Assembly (NCBI GenBank): GCA_024679065.1
Contig: JAGIQG010000013.1
Coordinates: 43,400,001 to 43,464,000, forward strand
Direction of reading: 5' to 3'
From: Sphyrna mokarran
Taxonomy: Eukaryota
Length of the DNA: 64,000 nt
Part shown: piece by piece, positions 36,726 to 50,446 of the stretch
Layout of the letters: every line of letters starts with the position of its first letter
Position numbering within the stretch: the stretch's first letter is position 1
The notes under the pieces: model-generated
Told to the model about the DNA's origin: nothing
Seen by the model: only the letters and a program-made list of their open reading frames with translations
The model's database searches: none
Program-made: the position numbers and the translations under genes

Positions 36726-36780
36726 CTTGCAGCCACCAGATGTACAGTGCACCTTGAAGAAGTTTTCTAGTCCACTTCAT
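36726..36780 (-). CDS. IgV membrane gene: leader exon
   Basis: ATG at 36780; MKWTRKLLQGALYIWWLQ + G|GTAAT; a 99-nt intron joins in frame to AVLQAAATG, completing a signal peptide. Confidence 0.85.
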
Positions 36781-39209
36781 CACGGAAACAAGCCCACTCC
36801 GCTTTCAATCTGTTGTAACAAGCGCAACTGAGGCAAGTGATTCTCGCCTCTATTCCGGTAGTGGTTAGAGGAAAGCAGAGGCGAGCGACGAAACCAAACT
36901 GCCAGCTATCTGCAATGAAAATGTGAAAGGCTCGGTAGGTAGTTGGAAGAAAAACAAGCCGATAGCAATAATGGTCAGTGCATGGAAAGCAGGGACAAGT
37001 CAGTGCCTAAGTTGGCTATTTGAAATATGGGAATATATGTTTCATTGTCAAACTTTGAAATGATGGTATCTACTATCTTCTAGATGATAACTTCCGTGTT
37101 GTGCTGATATTATACACAAACTGGTTTAATGAATAATGAACTGGTTTAATGAATAATAGGAAATTGATAAAATCACCACACAATTCACAGTTAATAATTT
37201 AAAAGTTTATTTTATATATATAAAAAATCTTCTATCTATGCTGTATCCTGTTTCAGAATCGTGATTTCTTCAATCAAACCATTAGATTTTATTCCATTGT
37301 ATTTCGATATATTGGGAAAATGGAGATTGCACGAGATTAAGATCCAAATCCCGCTCCTGGCCATGTGCAGGAAAGAATTCCTCAAATGTCTGACCTGATT
37401 TCTGATCAATATGAAAAGTCAAACTGATTTCGTTAAAAGGAGTGTCACTCAAGTCAAACTCAAAAAATTAGCACATTATACTCAAATGGTAAGGGATTAC
37501 AAATGAATAAGTGTTCAAAATACAGTTGACAAACCGGGGCGAAGCTGCAAACTGATCTTGGTGAACGAATTAATTCAGAACGGTTTTTCAGTCCAGGTTA
37601 GTAAGGCAATATTCCGACCCACAACACGAATCTTTGGATCAGATATTTTAGATACAACAGTAAAACAAGCATTAAACTAGTAAAACTGTTTGCTTTGAAG
37701 TCAGTGTTTATCTTAGCGTGTGTCTGTCAGATACACATCGAAGTACTCACCGTCACAAATGAGAGTTATTTTTAAAAGGTTCAAGTTTAGTCATTCATAG
37801 CAGTTACATGGGGGATTCTATTTCCGAGCGAAGCTGCCAATTTTGGCCTGATCTGGTTCTAGCAGAAATAGTTTAATATCCCTTGCATTTGACAGGGTGG
37901 TCAAGTTTTCGAAAAAAAACTTGCACATCCTGGACAATTATATTTACAAGGAATTACTTACATGTGTGCAGTTACTGGATATTTAGTTTGAGCGGCTGAG
38001 AGTGAAGCTGTGTGCATGTCACAGCATTGTGCAGGGCAGGAAATGGTAGTTCCAAGGTAGATAACATTACCAAGCTTCTTAAGTAATTACTGATCTCAAA
38101 ACAGGAGCTGCAGCAGAATTGCTTCTTCCCAGATTAATCCCACATTTTGGTGAATGCAGCCTCCTGTTTCACGTTCTTAGATAAACTGCAGAATTTCAGA
38201 CCTGCTTCGTGCAAAAGCATAGCCAATCAAACAGTGAAGTAAACTGGCAGTAATTAAGAAATCCCAAAGGTGTTACCCACAATGTAATTGTTTATTACAC
38301 AGTGTGAAGGCGTACATTTTTCCGATAAATTAAACGAAAATTACTAATTTATTTAATTTCCACACACATCAGGTACTTAATAATTAATTAATAATCACGG
38401 ACCACTACAAACTTACCTGATCTAGTATCACGGAGTGAGCAACACATTTAATTAACCAATATAAGAGTAAGTATTCGGCAATGAAGTGTATGAATTGATG
38501 AGTGAGTAGTGTGGTGAGGGTGGGAGTGGGCAGTGTGGGAGGAAAAGGCTTAAATGCAGGACAATTATGTAGCTAATGAATAAGTATACGACAACGTAGT
38601 ATTGAGTGTGTAGAGTGTTGTTTAACAATCAACAAAACAGCAAGCACAAGGATGAAAACAGACTTGTGTCTGTTCATCGCACGGCTGAAGACAGAGGCAG
38701 AAAGTATAATAAGGCTGAATGCGAATAAACCAAGGCAGTGACAGATGGAGGCAGGAACCCAAACAAAGTAAATTCCGCATTTCAGTCGGATTTTCTTAAG
38801 CAGGTTAATGACGCTAAACACAGGTTGATCCAGTCACCCTTGGAATTGCAAAGAGAAAACTGCAGGTGTAAAAAGAAAAACGGGTGTAACAGCCAAAAAG
38901 ATTGCTATCCATTATTAGTCACATACAAACTTGACAATTCCCACACAGTTAATTCAATTTTTATATTGTAGAAAATGTGAAACACCGGAAATCTGTAATA
39001 GAAACTGAACATTCTGAAAAGCATCTTCTTAGTCAGAAGAAGACTCGAGAGAGAAGGCGACTTGCTTCCACCCAGTTCAGTGACTGTGTACTCTGCAGGT
39101 TCTGCCATTTGCAGGTAGGTGCTGCTTGAAGGGTGGGTTGTTTAGAAGTTTTTGCGTTCCTTCCAACTCCTCGACTTTACCTCTGCAGGTTCTCCCACCG
39201 GTTATTAAG

Positions 39210-39360
39210 TCATAGTGCAGTACAGCATGGGAGCAGGCCCTTCGGTCCAAGCTGTCCATGCTGACCATGGTGCCCTTCCAGCTAATCGCAGTTGCCCGCG
39301 TTTGGTCCCTATCCCTCTAACCCTTTCCTATCCATGTACATATCAAAATGCTTTTTTAAA
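39210..39360 (-). mobile_element. CR1 3' end
   Basis: catagtgcagtacagcatgggagcaggcccttcgg reverse tail. Confidence 0.65.
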
Positions 39361-39784
39361 ATCGTTGGGTATGCTTGACTTCCTCAAAGAGGCAGGACAT
39401 CCCTACAACATTTTTTTTTCTTGCTATCCTCCTGGGGATGTGCTGCCCAGACTGAGTTCCCACTGGAGCAGTTCACCAGGCAGGAATACAGGAAATAATC
39501 AACAGGTCAGGAAGTATTGTGGAGAGAAACTGAGTTAACCAGTCGGTAAGAATTTATCAAGACTCTTTACATTTTGATACAGTATGCATAATGTTATAAA
39601 AACATGACAAAATAGAAAATGATGGATGTGCACTACAAATCATTCAGCATTTATAAGGGAAAATATATAAATTCAATATCAAAAGTGCATACTAATCAAT
39701 ACCTGCTTTTTTTGGGTTATCTGGAGTCTGTTTTCAACAGAAGGCAGAGATGAAATGGTCAATGGAGTACAGCAGATGAAGAGT

Positions 39785-40050
39785 GAGACAGTAGCACAGT
39801 GGTTAGTACTGCTGCCTCACAGCACCAGGGTCCAGGTTTGATTCCTGCTTAAGTTCACTGTGTGGAGTTGGAATGTTTGCACTGTGTCTGCGTGGGTTTC
39901 CTCTGTGTGTTCCAGTTTCCTCCCACAGTCCAAAAGACATGATGGTTAGGTGCATTGGTCATGCTACATTATCCCTCAGTGTACCTGAACAAGTGCCAGA
40001 GTGTGACAAATAGGGGATTTGCACAGTAACTTCATTGCAGTGTTAGTCAT
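39785..40050 (+). mobile_element. V-SINE/HE1-like SINE (second tail type)
   Basis: Head, core and tail homologous to the other copies. Confidence 0.85.
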
Positions 40051-40159
40051 TAATATATAAATGAAACAGACTAGAGAGTAGCTATGCAGATCCTGGGGTG
40101 TAAGGATTTTTGTTCCTGATGATTCTCAAACTAGATGATAATTATAACTTTTTGAATCC

Positions 40160-40925
40160 AAAACACACACCACTGGAAAACTCAACAGGTCTGGAGGCAT
40201 TTTTAAGGAGAGAAAAGAGCTGACATTCCGAATCCAGATGATCCTTTGTCAAAGCTAAAACACGTAGAAAGTGGGAGACGTTTATACTGCAGGGAGAGAG
40301 AATGAAAGATGAATCATAGTCTTAGAAACCAAGGGAAAAGACTGCTAATAGCTGTTGACAGAGATAACAAAGAATGTGAATGGCCAAATGGCAGAGAAGT
40401 TGTAAGCTATGCCAGATGAAGGTGGGGGTGGGGATGGAGATTGTTGGGGGGGGGGAGGGAATGGGACAGAGGTACAATGTAGAAAAGGTAAGGGATAGGG
40501 GATGAAATGGGGGGGGGGGCGGCAAGAGTGGGGAGAGAAAAATGAAGAATGAGAACAGTAAAAATTAAATAAAATGGAATGAAAACAAAAGGGGCTGAAG
40601 TTGGGTAGAGCAAATCATTTGAGACTGGAAGACTGTAAAATGCCTAGCTGGAAGATGGGATGCTGTTCCTCTGGTTTGCATTGAGTTTCACTGGAACATT
40701 GCAGCAAGTCAAGGATAGACATGTAGTCATAGGAGCAGGATTGTGTGTTAAAATGACAAGCAACTAGAAGGCCAGGGTCCTGATTGTGCACAGACCCAAG
40801 ATGCTCAGCAAAGTGATTACTCAATCTACGCTTGGTATCACCGATATAGAGAAGACCACATTGGGAGCAGTGAATGCAAATTGAAAGAGGTGCAAGTGAA
40901 ACAAGTGGAATGAATGTTTTGGACC
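40160..40925 (-). mobile_element. Penelope-like element (second family), degenerate GIY-YIG and 3' pLTR with eroded hammerhead
   Basis: CIHCSQCGLLYIGDTKRRLSNHFAEH...VACHFN...EEQHPIFQLG; minus-strand AGCU-UUGACAA-A-GGAUC(AUCUG)GAUUC-GGAA-UG-UC-AGCU at ~40218-40256. Confidence 0.8.
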
Positions 40926-40964
40926 TGAGATGGTAAAAGTTTTTTGAATAATTGTAAGTAAATA

Positions 40965-41500
40965 AATTTGATTTGGTTTTGATTTGATTTATTTTCATCA
41001 TATGTATTGGTATACAGCGAAAAGTATTGTTTCTTGCAAGCTATATAGACAAAGCACATCATAGAATACATAGGGAAGAAGAGATGGGAAAATGCAGTGT
41101 TATAGTTATTAAAGATCAACTTAGTATAAGGTAGGTTCATTCAAGAGTCAGATGGCAGCAGGTAAGAAGCTGTTTTTGAGCTGGTTGGTACATGATCTCA
41201 GACTTTTGAATCATTTTCCTGGTGGAAAAGAATATGTCCAGAGTACATTGGGTCCTTGTTTAAGCTGGTTATTTTTCTGAGGCACCGGAAGTGTAAACAG
41301 AGTAATTGGATGGGAGGCTGGTTTGAGTGATTAACTGAGCTTCGTTCATGACCCTTTTTAATTTCTTGCAGTTTTTGGGCCAAGCAGGAGCCATACCAAG
41401 TTGTGATACAACTAGAAAGAATACTTTCTATAGTGCATCTGTAAAAGTTGGTGAGAATCACAGCAGACATGACAAATTTCCTTAGCTTCTTGAGAAAGTA
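40965..41500 (-). mobile_element. Rex1/Babar-type LINE 3' portion
   Basis: ILTNFYRCTIESILSSCITTWYGSC and RCLRKITSLNKDP..GH motifs. Confidence 0.85.
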
Positions 41501-42499
41501 TATGGATAGAGCAGGGATGCAGTTATGGGTGTGATATCTATACTTGTACTCATCAGATGCAGTTCCTTTCCCTCAGAGATATACCTGAACTTCAGGAATA
41601 GAAAATGTTAGATCTTACAAGTCTCACCACAGTACCCAATATATAACCAGTATGAGTTGAAGTTAGCACCAGTGCAGATATTCACACACTAGAGCGTTTG
41701 ATAAATTTAGAAAGGGAAACACACAATGAGTCACAATCATAGAATTATCTGATTATGGAACGAATTGAGTTGGGTGGCGTGTAAAAGTATAAGAAGCTAG
41801 ATCACTTGGTAAGTCCCTGTATCTATCCAGATAGCCAGCAGAGGGCTACACAACATGTGCTGCTGAGGTAGTTATGAATCCTTGAGTGAGCCTCTTCCTT
41901 TCGAACTATCTCGATCTTAGTCCTGTGTTGGTGGCGAGGGCAATCTTGACAGATGTTTACTTTAGCTTTATGTTCAGAAAAATGAGTCCCATCTTTTGGG
42001 TAATTCTGTAGCAACTGATTCCCACCAACCCCACCCCCTCTGCCTCCCCACACACAATACACAAGTGGGTTGCTTTAAATTCTTTCATTTCGCAGATTGT
42101 TTTGTCATGTCACTATACCTTCCTTTGGTTCAAGAGAGTAAGGTGTAGCATTTTTGGCTACGTACTGTCTGTGTGAACGCTCATTCGGTAGCTTCATATA
42201 TGCATCACCAACAGATCATATATGCATGTAATCTGTTGGTGTTAAATTGGACAGTTCGCAGAATCGGATGAAGGGATTTCGATGGGCGATTCGCCGGCTC
42301 CTGTTCAAAGTGACGCAGGCAGGACGCAAGCTTCAATGATGCCTGTAAAATATAATTATTGAGCCCAATTCTGAACGCGCTTTTCAGTTCTTGCACGGCT
42401 CATCACAGCAACCAAGGTGATGTAAAGTTGGCCTGCATCACTTAAAGCCAGGCTGCATATCTGCACTATAGCTGCAGCAGAGCTCAACCTGGTTGAAGA

Positions 42500-42750
42500 G
42501 AATTAAAAACCAGCAAGAACATACGGAGATGGCATATCAGACCAGAAAATGTGCTGTGTTGGAGGTCTTGATAGAGGAAGAGTACAAAAGGAGAAAGGAT
42601 CTCTTCCTTCAAGGGACAAGAAGGCCCTCCAGTTTTGGTAGGAGAGCCATTGAGAGCAGAGAGTCCTTGCATTCAGTGCCCTCAGTCTAGCTCTGAAAAC
42701 TTGGATGTAATGATGAAAAATGGCTAAAGTCACATGACTAGTCAAGATTA
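42500..42750 (+). mobile_element. Degenerate Myb/SANT-like ORF, probably PIF/Harbinger-derived
   Basis: AVLEVLIEEEYKRRKDLFLQGTRRPSS followed by decayed ..LALKTWM..K resembles Harbinger Myb/SANT proteins (recognised from memory). Confidence 0.45.
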
Positions 42751-43329
42751 GTGAATATCATCCTATGCCAAACACTACCATCGCACCAATAGTCTCTCAT
42801 ACTGCCTAATGGATCAAATCCTCATCATTCATTGGACAAAAGCTTGGACTAAACACAACTCATACTTATCTTCATGGCCCCATCTCATCTTCACACACTT
42901 AGCATTGTTGCCAGCCACACCCTCATATTTCATAGTTGCCATACATTGCCAGCTTTTCAAATGTGGCAGGCATATCACCCAAACATAGTGTTTCACATTC
43001 ATTGACAAATGTACTTCTCTTGCTGGACAGGGTGACCCATACTAGGTGGCAGCAGTAGAAATTAGCGCATGTCAGGCACAACTACATGTGTTTACCACCA
43101 TGAAAAAATCTAAGGGAATGGCCAGTATTGTGGCTAAAACCATTGACAATGGCAGTATATCCATAATTAATCTTCCTCATCCTGCTTTCGTCCCACAGTG
43201 TCTTTGCATTTACAAGCCGCTGTTGGTGTAACCATGCACATTTTGTGCTTCCTCACTGCCTCACCCCAAATTTACCCTTATATCTTTATGCTGCCAGATA
43301 CTGGAAATCTGCCAGACCTGTGTTTGAAA

Positions 43330-44100
43330 TGACCTAGCAACCCACTTAGCTGTAACAAACTGAGGTAGAAAAATCAGACTGACCACCTGGCATTGACCCA
43401 TGCACCAGAAATAAAAAGGGCACAATTTGCCCAGTGTATCCTGCAAATTCCTCTCCCATCTCTGGACCAGTGTTGTGATTGGACAACAGCATCCTGACAT
43501 AGTCATACTCACTCAATCATTCCTTAGAGCAAATGTCCTGGGCTTGTCTATCACCATTCCAGTGCAGGGCAGACTCACCAGAAATAGTGGCAGTGACTGT
43601 AGGAGCCCTTAACATTTACCTCAGGCCACATCAAATCTTATGGCATTGGTCAAACATGGACCAGGAAACATCCTGCTAGTAAGCATCTAGTACTCTTCAA
43701 TGTTCCTTCATATCGAATCCTGAGTTAGGCATTTCAATATCCATCACCAAAAGATGCTTTGTAACACCAGTGCTGACTGTGCCCCCACATGCATAGCTGC
43801 CAGACTAAGTCTCTGCTTCATATTGAGAGAGCCAACAAGAAGGAAAATCTACAGGACCATGTCCTCACTGATCAAATGCAGAGGCATCTGTCAATTACAG
43901 CATTGGTACTTGTGACCATTACCCAGCCCTGACTTTACATTGAGGATAGAGCCTACTGTGTGGCACTACCACCATGCTAAATGGATTAGATTCAGAACAG
44001 ATCTACCAGCTCAAAACTGGGATCCATGATGCACTAAGGGACATTAGCAGCAACAGAATTGTACTTAATCACAATCTGTACCTTCACAACCCGGCATATC
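43330..44100 (+). mobile_element. Old non-LTR element endonuclease region
   Basis: QQHPDIVILTQSFL, FNIHHQ, REPTRRKNLQDHVLTD, GTCDHY = APE motifs with many lesions. Confidence 0.6.
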
Positions 44101-44104
44101 CTCT

Positions 44105-45560
44105 GATTTGCAGCCACATTTGTTAACAATGTGAAGATAGTTAGGAAAGCAAGTTGTGAGGAGGATACAAAGAGTTTGCAAAGGATAAGGATAAGTTAAG
44201 CGAATAGGCAAACATTCAGCACGTGGTGTAGGTTGAGGGAACATGTGAAGTTGTCCACTTTGGGAAGAACAGAAAAGCAGAACATTATTTAATGAATAGA
44301 GATTGCAAAATGTTATGGTACCGTGGTATCTGGGTGTCCTTGTACATCATAGAGTTATAGAATTCCTACAGTACAGAAGGTGGTCATTCTGCCCATCAGC
44401 TCTGCAGCACCTCTCAGACAGTAATTTGCCCACACCCAGCTCTTCCCCATTCCCTTAACTTCATGCATTTACCCCACTAATCCCCCTAGCTTATGCATAT
44501 TGGGACACACAGGGACAATTTAGTATGGCCAATCCACCTAATCTACACATCTTTGGACACGGATTACAAAAAGTCAGCATGCAGGAACAGCAAGTAGTCA
44601 GGGAAGTAAATGGAGTGTTGAATTTTATTGCCATGGGAATGGAGGAAGTGAGGAAGCCTTGTTACGACTGTATAAGGCATTTATGAGACCACACCTATAA
44701 TGCTGTGTGCAGTTTTGGTCACCTCACAAAGAACAAAACAGCACGGGAAACAGGCCCTTTGGCCCAACGGGTCCGCGCTGCCGCCACCCCGATGTTCCCA
44801 CCTCTTCCCGTGGTCCCTGTCAATGTTTATAGATCTATGGATTAAAACCAAATTTGAGCCAATTTAGGGAGAATTTGTTTTGCAATTAGCCTAAGAGCAC
44901 ATCTTTGGGATGTGGGAGGAAACCAGAGCACCTGGAGAAAACCCATGCAACACAGGGAGAATGCGCAAACTCCCACAGACACAGGCTCAAATCCATGTAT
45001 CTGCACAGCACAGCGATAGTCACTGAGCTGTCGTGTTTCCCATCAAATGGTCCAGGTCAAGCGTACACTAACGATGTGAAACACTAGGATACTCTCGAAA
45101 AAGATTCAAGAGCAGCCCTCTCATGACCCATCGCATGTATGCCCCTTGTTAGACAACAAGGTGGACCAAAGCACCTGTAGGATAAAAACAAGTACATCAA
45201 TATCATTGTCTACTTACACACTTCCCAGGGACTCCCAAGACTCATGATCCCTATTTTAAATCAGTTTTCTATATCCCTCCATTCCCATTCTGTTCATGTG
45301 CCCATCTAAGCATTTCTTAACTTAAGAAATGAAGGAAGTTCAGAGAAACTTCATTTAGTTAATTTCTGGGATGAAAGGGTTGTTTTATGAGAAAAGATTG
45401 AACATATTGAGCTATATTTAATGAAGTTAAGACTGAAAGATGATCTTATTGAAATGTGTAAAATTCTGAGGGGTCTTGATTGGATAGATGCAGAGAGGAC
45501 ATTTTGCTTTGTAATTGATTCTTGACTAGGGAAACCATTTCACAATAAGAGGCCTCCTAT
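44105..45560 (+). mobile_element. Old CR1 fragment with nested SINE (~44350-44560, -) and nested CR1/SINE composite 3' end (44727-45320, -)
   Basis: CR1 motifs (LYKAFMRPHL..AVQFWSP) resume on both sides of the inserts. Confidence 0.7.
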
Positions 45561-45579
45561 TTAATTCAGAAAAAATAAA

Positions 45580-46310
45580 ATTGCAGAATTGTTATGGGGC
45601 TGAAGGAGGCAATTTGGCATATTGTGTCTGCACTTGTTCTCTAAACAAGCATCATGACTTAGTGTCATTCCCCTGTCTTTTCCCCCTATCCATGGAGATT
45701 GTTTCTATTCAAATAATCCCTAATGCCCCTTGAATGCCTTGATTAAACCTGCCTCTACCATACTTCCAGGTAGTGCATCCTAGACACGAACGACTTGCTG
45801 TGTGGAAAAAGTTTTTTTCACATCACATTTGCTTCTTTTGAAAATCATTTTAAATCTGTCCCTCTTTGTTCTCAATCCTTGTTCTTGATCCCTTTAGGAG
45901 CAGAAACAGTTTCTCCCTATCTACTCTGAGCAGCCCCCTCATGATTTTGAACATCTTAATCAAATCTCCTCTGAGCCTTTTTTCTCCAAGGAAAACAGTC
46001 CTAACCTCTCCAATCTATCCTCATAACTGAAACTTCTCATTCCTGGAACCATCCTTGGTCCTTGCACTCTCTCCAACATGTTCACATCCTTCCTATAATG
46101 TGGCACCCAAAACCATACACACTACTTCAGCTGCAGTCTAACTAGTGTCTTGTATAAGTTCAACATAATCTTCTTGCTCTTACACTCAATGCTTTTATTA
46201 ATATAGCCCAAGATACAATAAGCTTTAATAACTGTTCTCTCAACTTGTCCTGCTACCTTCAACGATCTGAGCATATTAACAGCCAGGTCCCTCTGCTTCT
46301 GCACCCTGGG
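45580..46310 (-). mobile_element. CR1 3' fragment
   Basis: IMLNLYKTLVRLQLK in ORF 46122-46358 and CR1 3' UTR. Confidence 0.8.
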
Positions 46311-48559
46311 GCATTTAGAAGCAGTCCACATCCAAATGCAACATGACTGGGGCAACATTCATGCATTGGATAGAAAATAACAAATAATATTTGTGCCACA
46401 CAAGTTGATGAATGTACATCTTCAACAAGACAGAATCTAGCCATCTCTTTAGATGGTATTATCATAGCTGAATCTCCCATCATCAGCATCCTGACTGTCC
46501 AAAAATCAACTGAACCAGCCATATAAATACCATGGCTATAAGTGTAGATCAGAGGTTTGAAATTCTGCAGTGAATAACTTACTCCCCAAAGTCTGTCCAC
46601 AATCTTTTGTTTTATCCTTTCATGGGAAGTGGGAATCACTAGCAAAGCCAGCATTTGTTATCCATCCTTAATTACCATTAAATTCCTGCTCTAGCCTTAT
46701 TCATCATCCCTCACTGAATTATTATACTTTATGTCCTGTCTCCTTTTTCTTAAGAATATGAACTGTTTCCTAACAATGTCATATACTTTAAATATTTGAC
46801 TATAAGAACAAACTTAAATAATTTCAAAAATAATTTTTTGGCTTTCAAGACATACTTGAAATGTTAATACAACTTGGTAAGCCTCTGAAACTTCCCAGAT
46901 TCTTCCAGACAAAATCTTTGATTTATGCCTGGAGAAATACAATTCACTTAACTTCATGAAGAAAACCCTTCTCTTTTCACACTTGTGGTATATGGCTAAC
47001 CAAGCTGCTTCATTTTATCCAACAGATTTATTTTAAGTCTCATTCCGATATAAATAAAAACAAGTCAGATTGATCTGTAACTTGGTTTCAGGTAAACTGC
47101 TTGAGTTCCATATTTATAGGACTTGCAATAAAATGTAATCAGATTAAAAAAAAAGGTAACCTTGTCGCTATTTTGTAAGTCCAGATAAGGACATAAAAAA
47201 CAATTCACTTATTCATTTGAATCACATTAATTCAACTACTCAATGTTATTAGTTGGAAAAAGGTGCTACATCCAAATGTTCTTTGTTTGTTAATCTCTAT
47301 TACAATGTTTGCTCATCCTTCCTCGAATTATTATATTAACCCTTTTTTTGAGAATTTAATGGAGTGGTTGAGAAAAAAAATATTTAGGGACAATTCTCTT
47401 AGGCTGCTTTGCTATTCTAGCAATGTAGTGGACCAGGAGATGTAACTTGAGGCCGGGTAAGAACTTCCCACTGGGCATCACATCCTCCTCACATTTCCAG
47501 CCACTGGAATTCTGATTTCTCCTGATTTAAATATTTAACATCTAATTTTAATATCATGAGCAGGCTCAGGACTGAAGTCTCCGGGCACACTAGTTCCTCT
47601 CCCTTCCTGCCAGAAGTGTTTCACTCCAGCAGGGTTTACAATAGCTCTGCACTAACAGGGAGCTGGCAGCTCAACCCCATTGGAGTGAAAGGGGAGGCTA
47701 TTGAGGGTCCTCCAAGAGGTTGGGAGTAACAGGAGCTGCCTCCCGGGCATTGCCAGCCATCAGTGCCATCCTAGCCCTCAGCACTGTCCAAGTGGCAAAT
47801 TGGCAATGCTCAGGGAGCACCTTGGCACTGCCCACTGGGCATCAGACAGTGTCAAGCAAGTGGGTAAGAGAGGACCAGGGTCTAAAGAGGACGGGGCCTC
47901 TGGGGTAATTGCTGGGGCTGGGAAAGACCCGTTGTCACTTTGCACTTGAGATTAGTGACGGAAGGAAGAAGGCCTTCAGAGTGAGGGGGAGGGGTCAACC
48001 TATCAGCTTGATGGGGGGGCGGGGGGGCAGTCGGGATTGCAAAGCGAGAGGGGAGGCCTCGTCAGAGCTCATGGAGGGATGGGATCAGGGAGGAGAACGA
48101 GGCAGACTGAGTAGGGGGAGGGCACATTGGGGCTGACCCAGATACATTTGGGTGGAGATTGACGCATTGACAGGTTGGGAAAGGACAGCATTGAAGGATC
48201 AGCAATTGGGAGGCTGGCAGTGCAGTCGATCTCAGCACTGACAGATTGGTGCATGTGCGGTGATCCGCTCAGCACTATGCTGCCGGCCTCTCCAGCAGGA
48301 ACAGGCTCTGCCCACTGATTTTCATTGTAATTCACGCTAGTGCACTCTGCAATGCACAGACTGTGGGAGATTCATTTTGAAAATACTGCTGAAAAAACAG
48401 AAGAAGTTAATCTAGTTTTTATGCAAATTCAACACGTAGAATGTTTTTGGGAGAATCCAATCTGTAATCCTATTGTAGATTGCTTGGTGAAATTGTGGTC
48501 CATATTTAAACCATATATAGGCATAAATTGACAGAGGTAGGACAAATGAGGTAATGTCC

Positions 48560-49290
48560 ACAGATATTTGAGAGCTAGAAAAGAAACTAGCATGAAGGAC
48601 TTCAAAGGTAATTATTTCTGGATTACTCCAGATGTTAAATGCCAGTGAGTATAGGTGTGGATGGTGACAGGTGAATGTGTGGCTGGAGTCATGGTGAGAG
48701 GGCTTTAAATTCCTGGAGCACTGAGACCAGTTCCTGGGGAGATTTGGGGAGACTTGTGCAGACTGGATAGGTTGCACTGAAAAGAGCTGGGAACAAAATC
48801 CAGTGCACCATTTTGTAGGATGGTTAGCTAGTGCTATTGGGAAAGTTTAAACTAACATGGTAGACGGATTGGAAACCCAGACATAATATGAGAGAAGGAA
48901 AACATAAAGAGAAATTTAAAAAGTTAGACATTGTAAACTAATGGGTGGAATCAGAATAAGATGTCATGCATACTTGTGAATGTACAAAGTCTGGAAAATA
49001 AGGTCGGTGAGCTGCAGATGCACTTAGTCATTTGGGAATATGATGGCATGGTGGTAATGGAGATCAGTCTCAAAACAAACTGCAGGACTGGGTATGAAAT
49101 ATTTGTACCTTGTATTAGGTGCTCAGGAACGATAGGGAAAGAAAGAATTGAGAAGGGATGGTAGCATTATTACAGATAATATTATGTTGGAGAGACAGGA
49201 TGTCCAAGAGAGGACAAGGACAGAATCTGTTTAGTTAGACATAATAAACGTTTGAGGCTTTGATTATATTTTTGGGTATATTCTATAGGC
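48560..49290 (+). mobile_element. Old CR1 5' region (ORF1 end / ORF2 endonuclease start)
   Basis: NVQSLENKVGEL...EYDGMVVMEISL and GIFYRP motifs; upstream ..NVWLESW..EGFKFLEH resembles the CR1 ORF1 esterase. Confidence 0.55.
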
Positions 49291-50446
49291 CACAAATTTT
49301 TAAAATTATTTCATGGGACGTGAGCGTGCTGGCAAGGCCACCATTTATTTCCCAATCTAAATTACTAATGAGAAGGCCTTCTGCAGTTCATCTGGTGTAG
49401 GTATATTCACAGTGCTGTTTGGAAGGGAGTTCCATTACCTTGACCCAGTGATAGCCCACACCTGCATAAATATCAACTCTCACTGTCCAAGCCCACAAAG
49501 AAAGAATGGCGGCAGACAGAATCACCAATATTCAGGGAATTTTATGCCAACACTCAATGTAATGATCAAAGCAGTGATATTCATGTCAAGTTTTGTTTGC
49601 CATCATTATAATACCAAGGCATTGAAATCATTTGTTCTTGGAATATGGATATCACTGGCAAGCCCAGCAATTGTTGATGATCCCCAATTGCCTTGAGAAG
49701 GTAGTTGTAATCTGGTTGCTTTTTATCACGGAGATGGCACTAAACAATGTTAGAGAATTTCATCCGTGTGAGTGATGAATACAGCTCCGTCCACTATCAG
49801 GTAACTTAGAATGGGAATGATGGTTGAGTGCCTTGTCATGGTTGTGATGACAAGCAAATGGCATAAGCATATTAGTAAAGAAATACAAAATTCTTTAGAT
49901 GTCAAATGACAGGCCATATCACAATTGCTTGCCAAGTGAGCACGAATGCAGGGAAGAGAATTATTTCCATATTGGAAAACAGTGATATCACAGGATGGAG
50001 TTCACAATCCTGAATTCAATACAACATGTTTATGGGAAGAGGGGCAAGGGCTGTGTCATATTTATATCACTAGCAATCATTCAAATAACAGAGATATCAG
50101 TAGTCATTGATCTGCCATAAACCCTTTCACAGCACTTCCAAAACATCAAGGGTCCACACCAAAGACAATCATGGGAACTCTGGATGAGGTGGGTTGAAAG
50201 GTAACAAATAGCTCCAAGTTTAGAAGAAAAAATACAAAAATACCAGCTCAATACGCTTCCACATGCAATTGTGGCCATAGCCAATGGTGTCCTGGTGAGT
50301 CAAGAATCAAAGAGACCTTGGTGTCTTGCAGCAGAATCATAAGAGTCTTCAACAATTGCTTCAGTTCTAAGAAGAATCTAATCATTGAACAGACAAGATT
50401 CAACTTGGGGAGCCGATAGCTCAGCAAATCTATTGATTCATTTATT

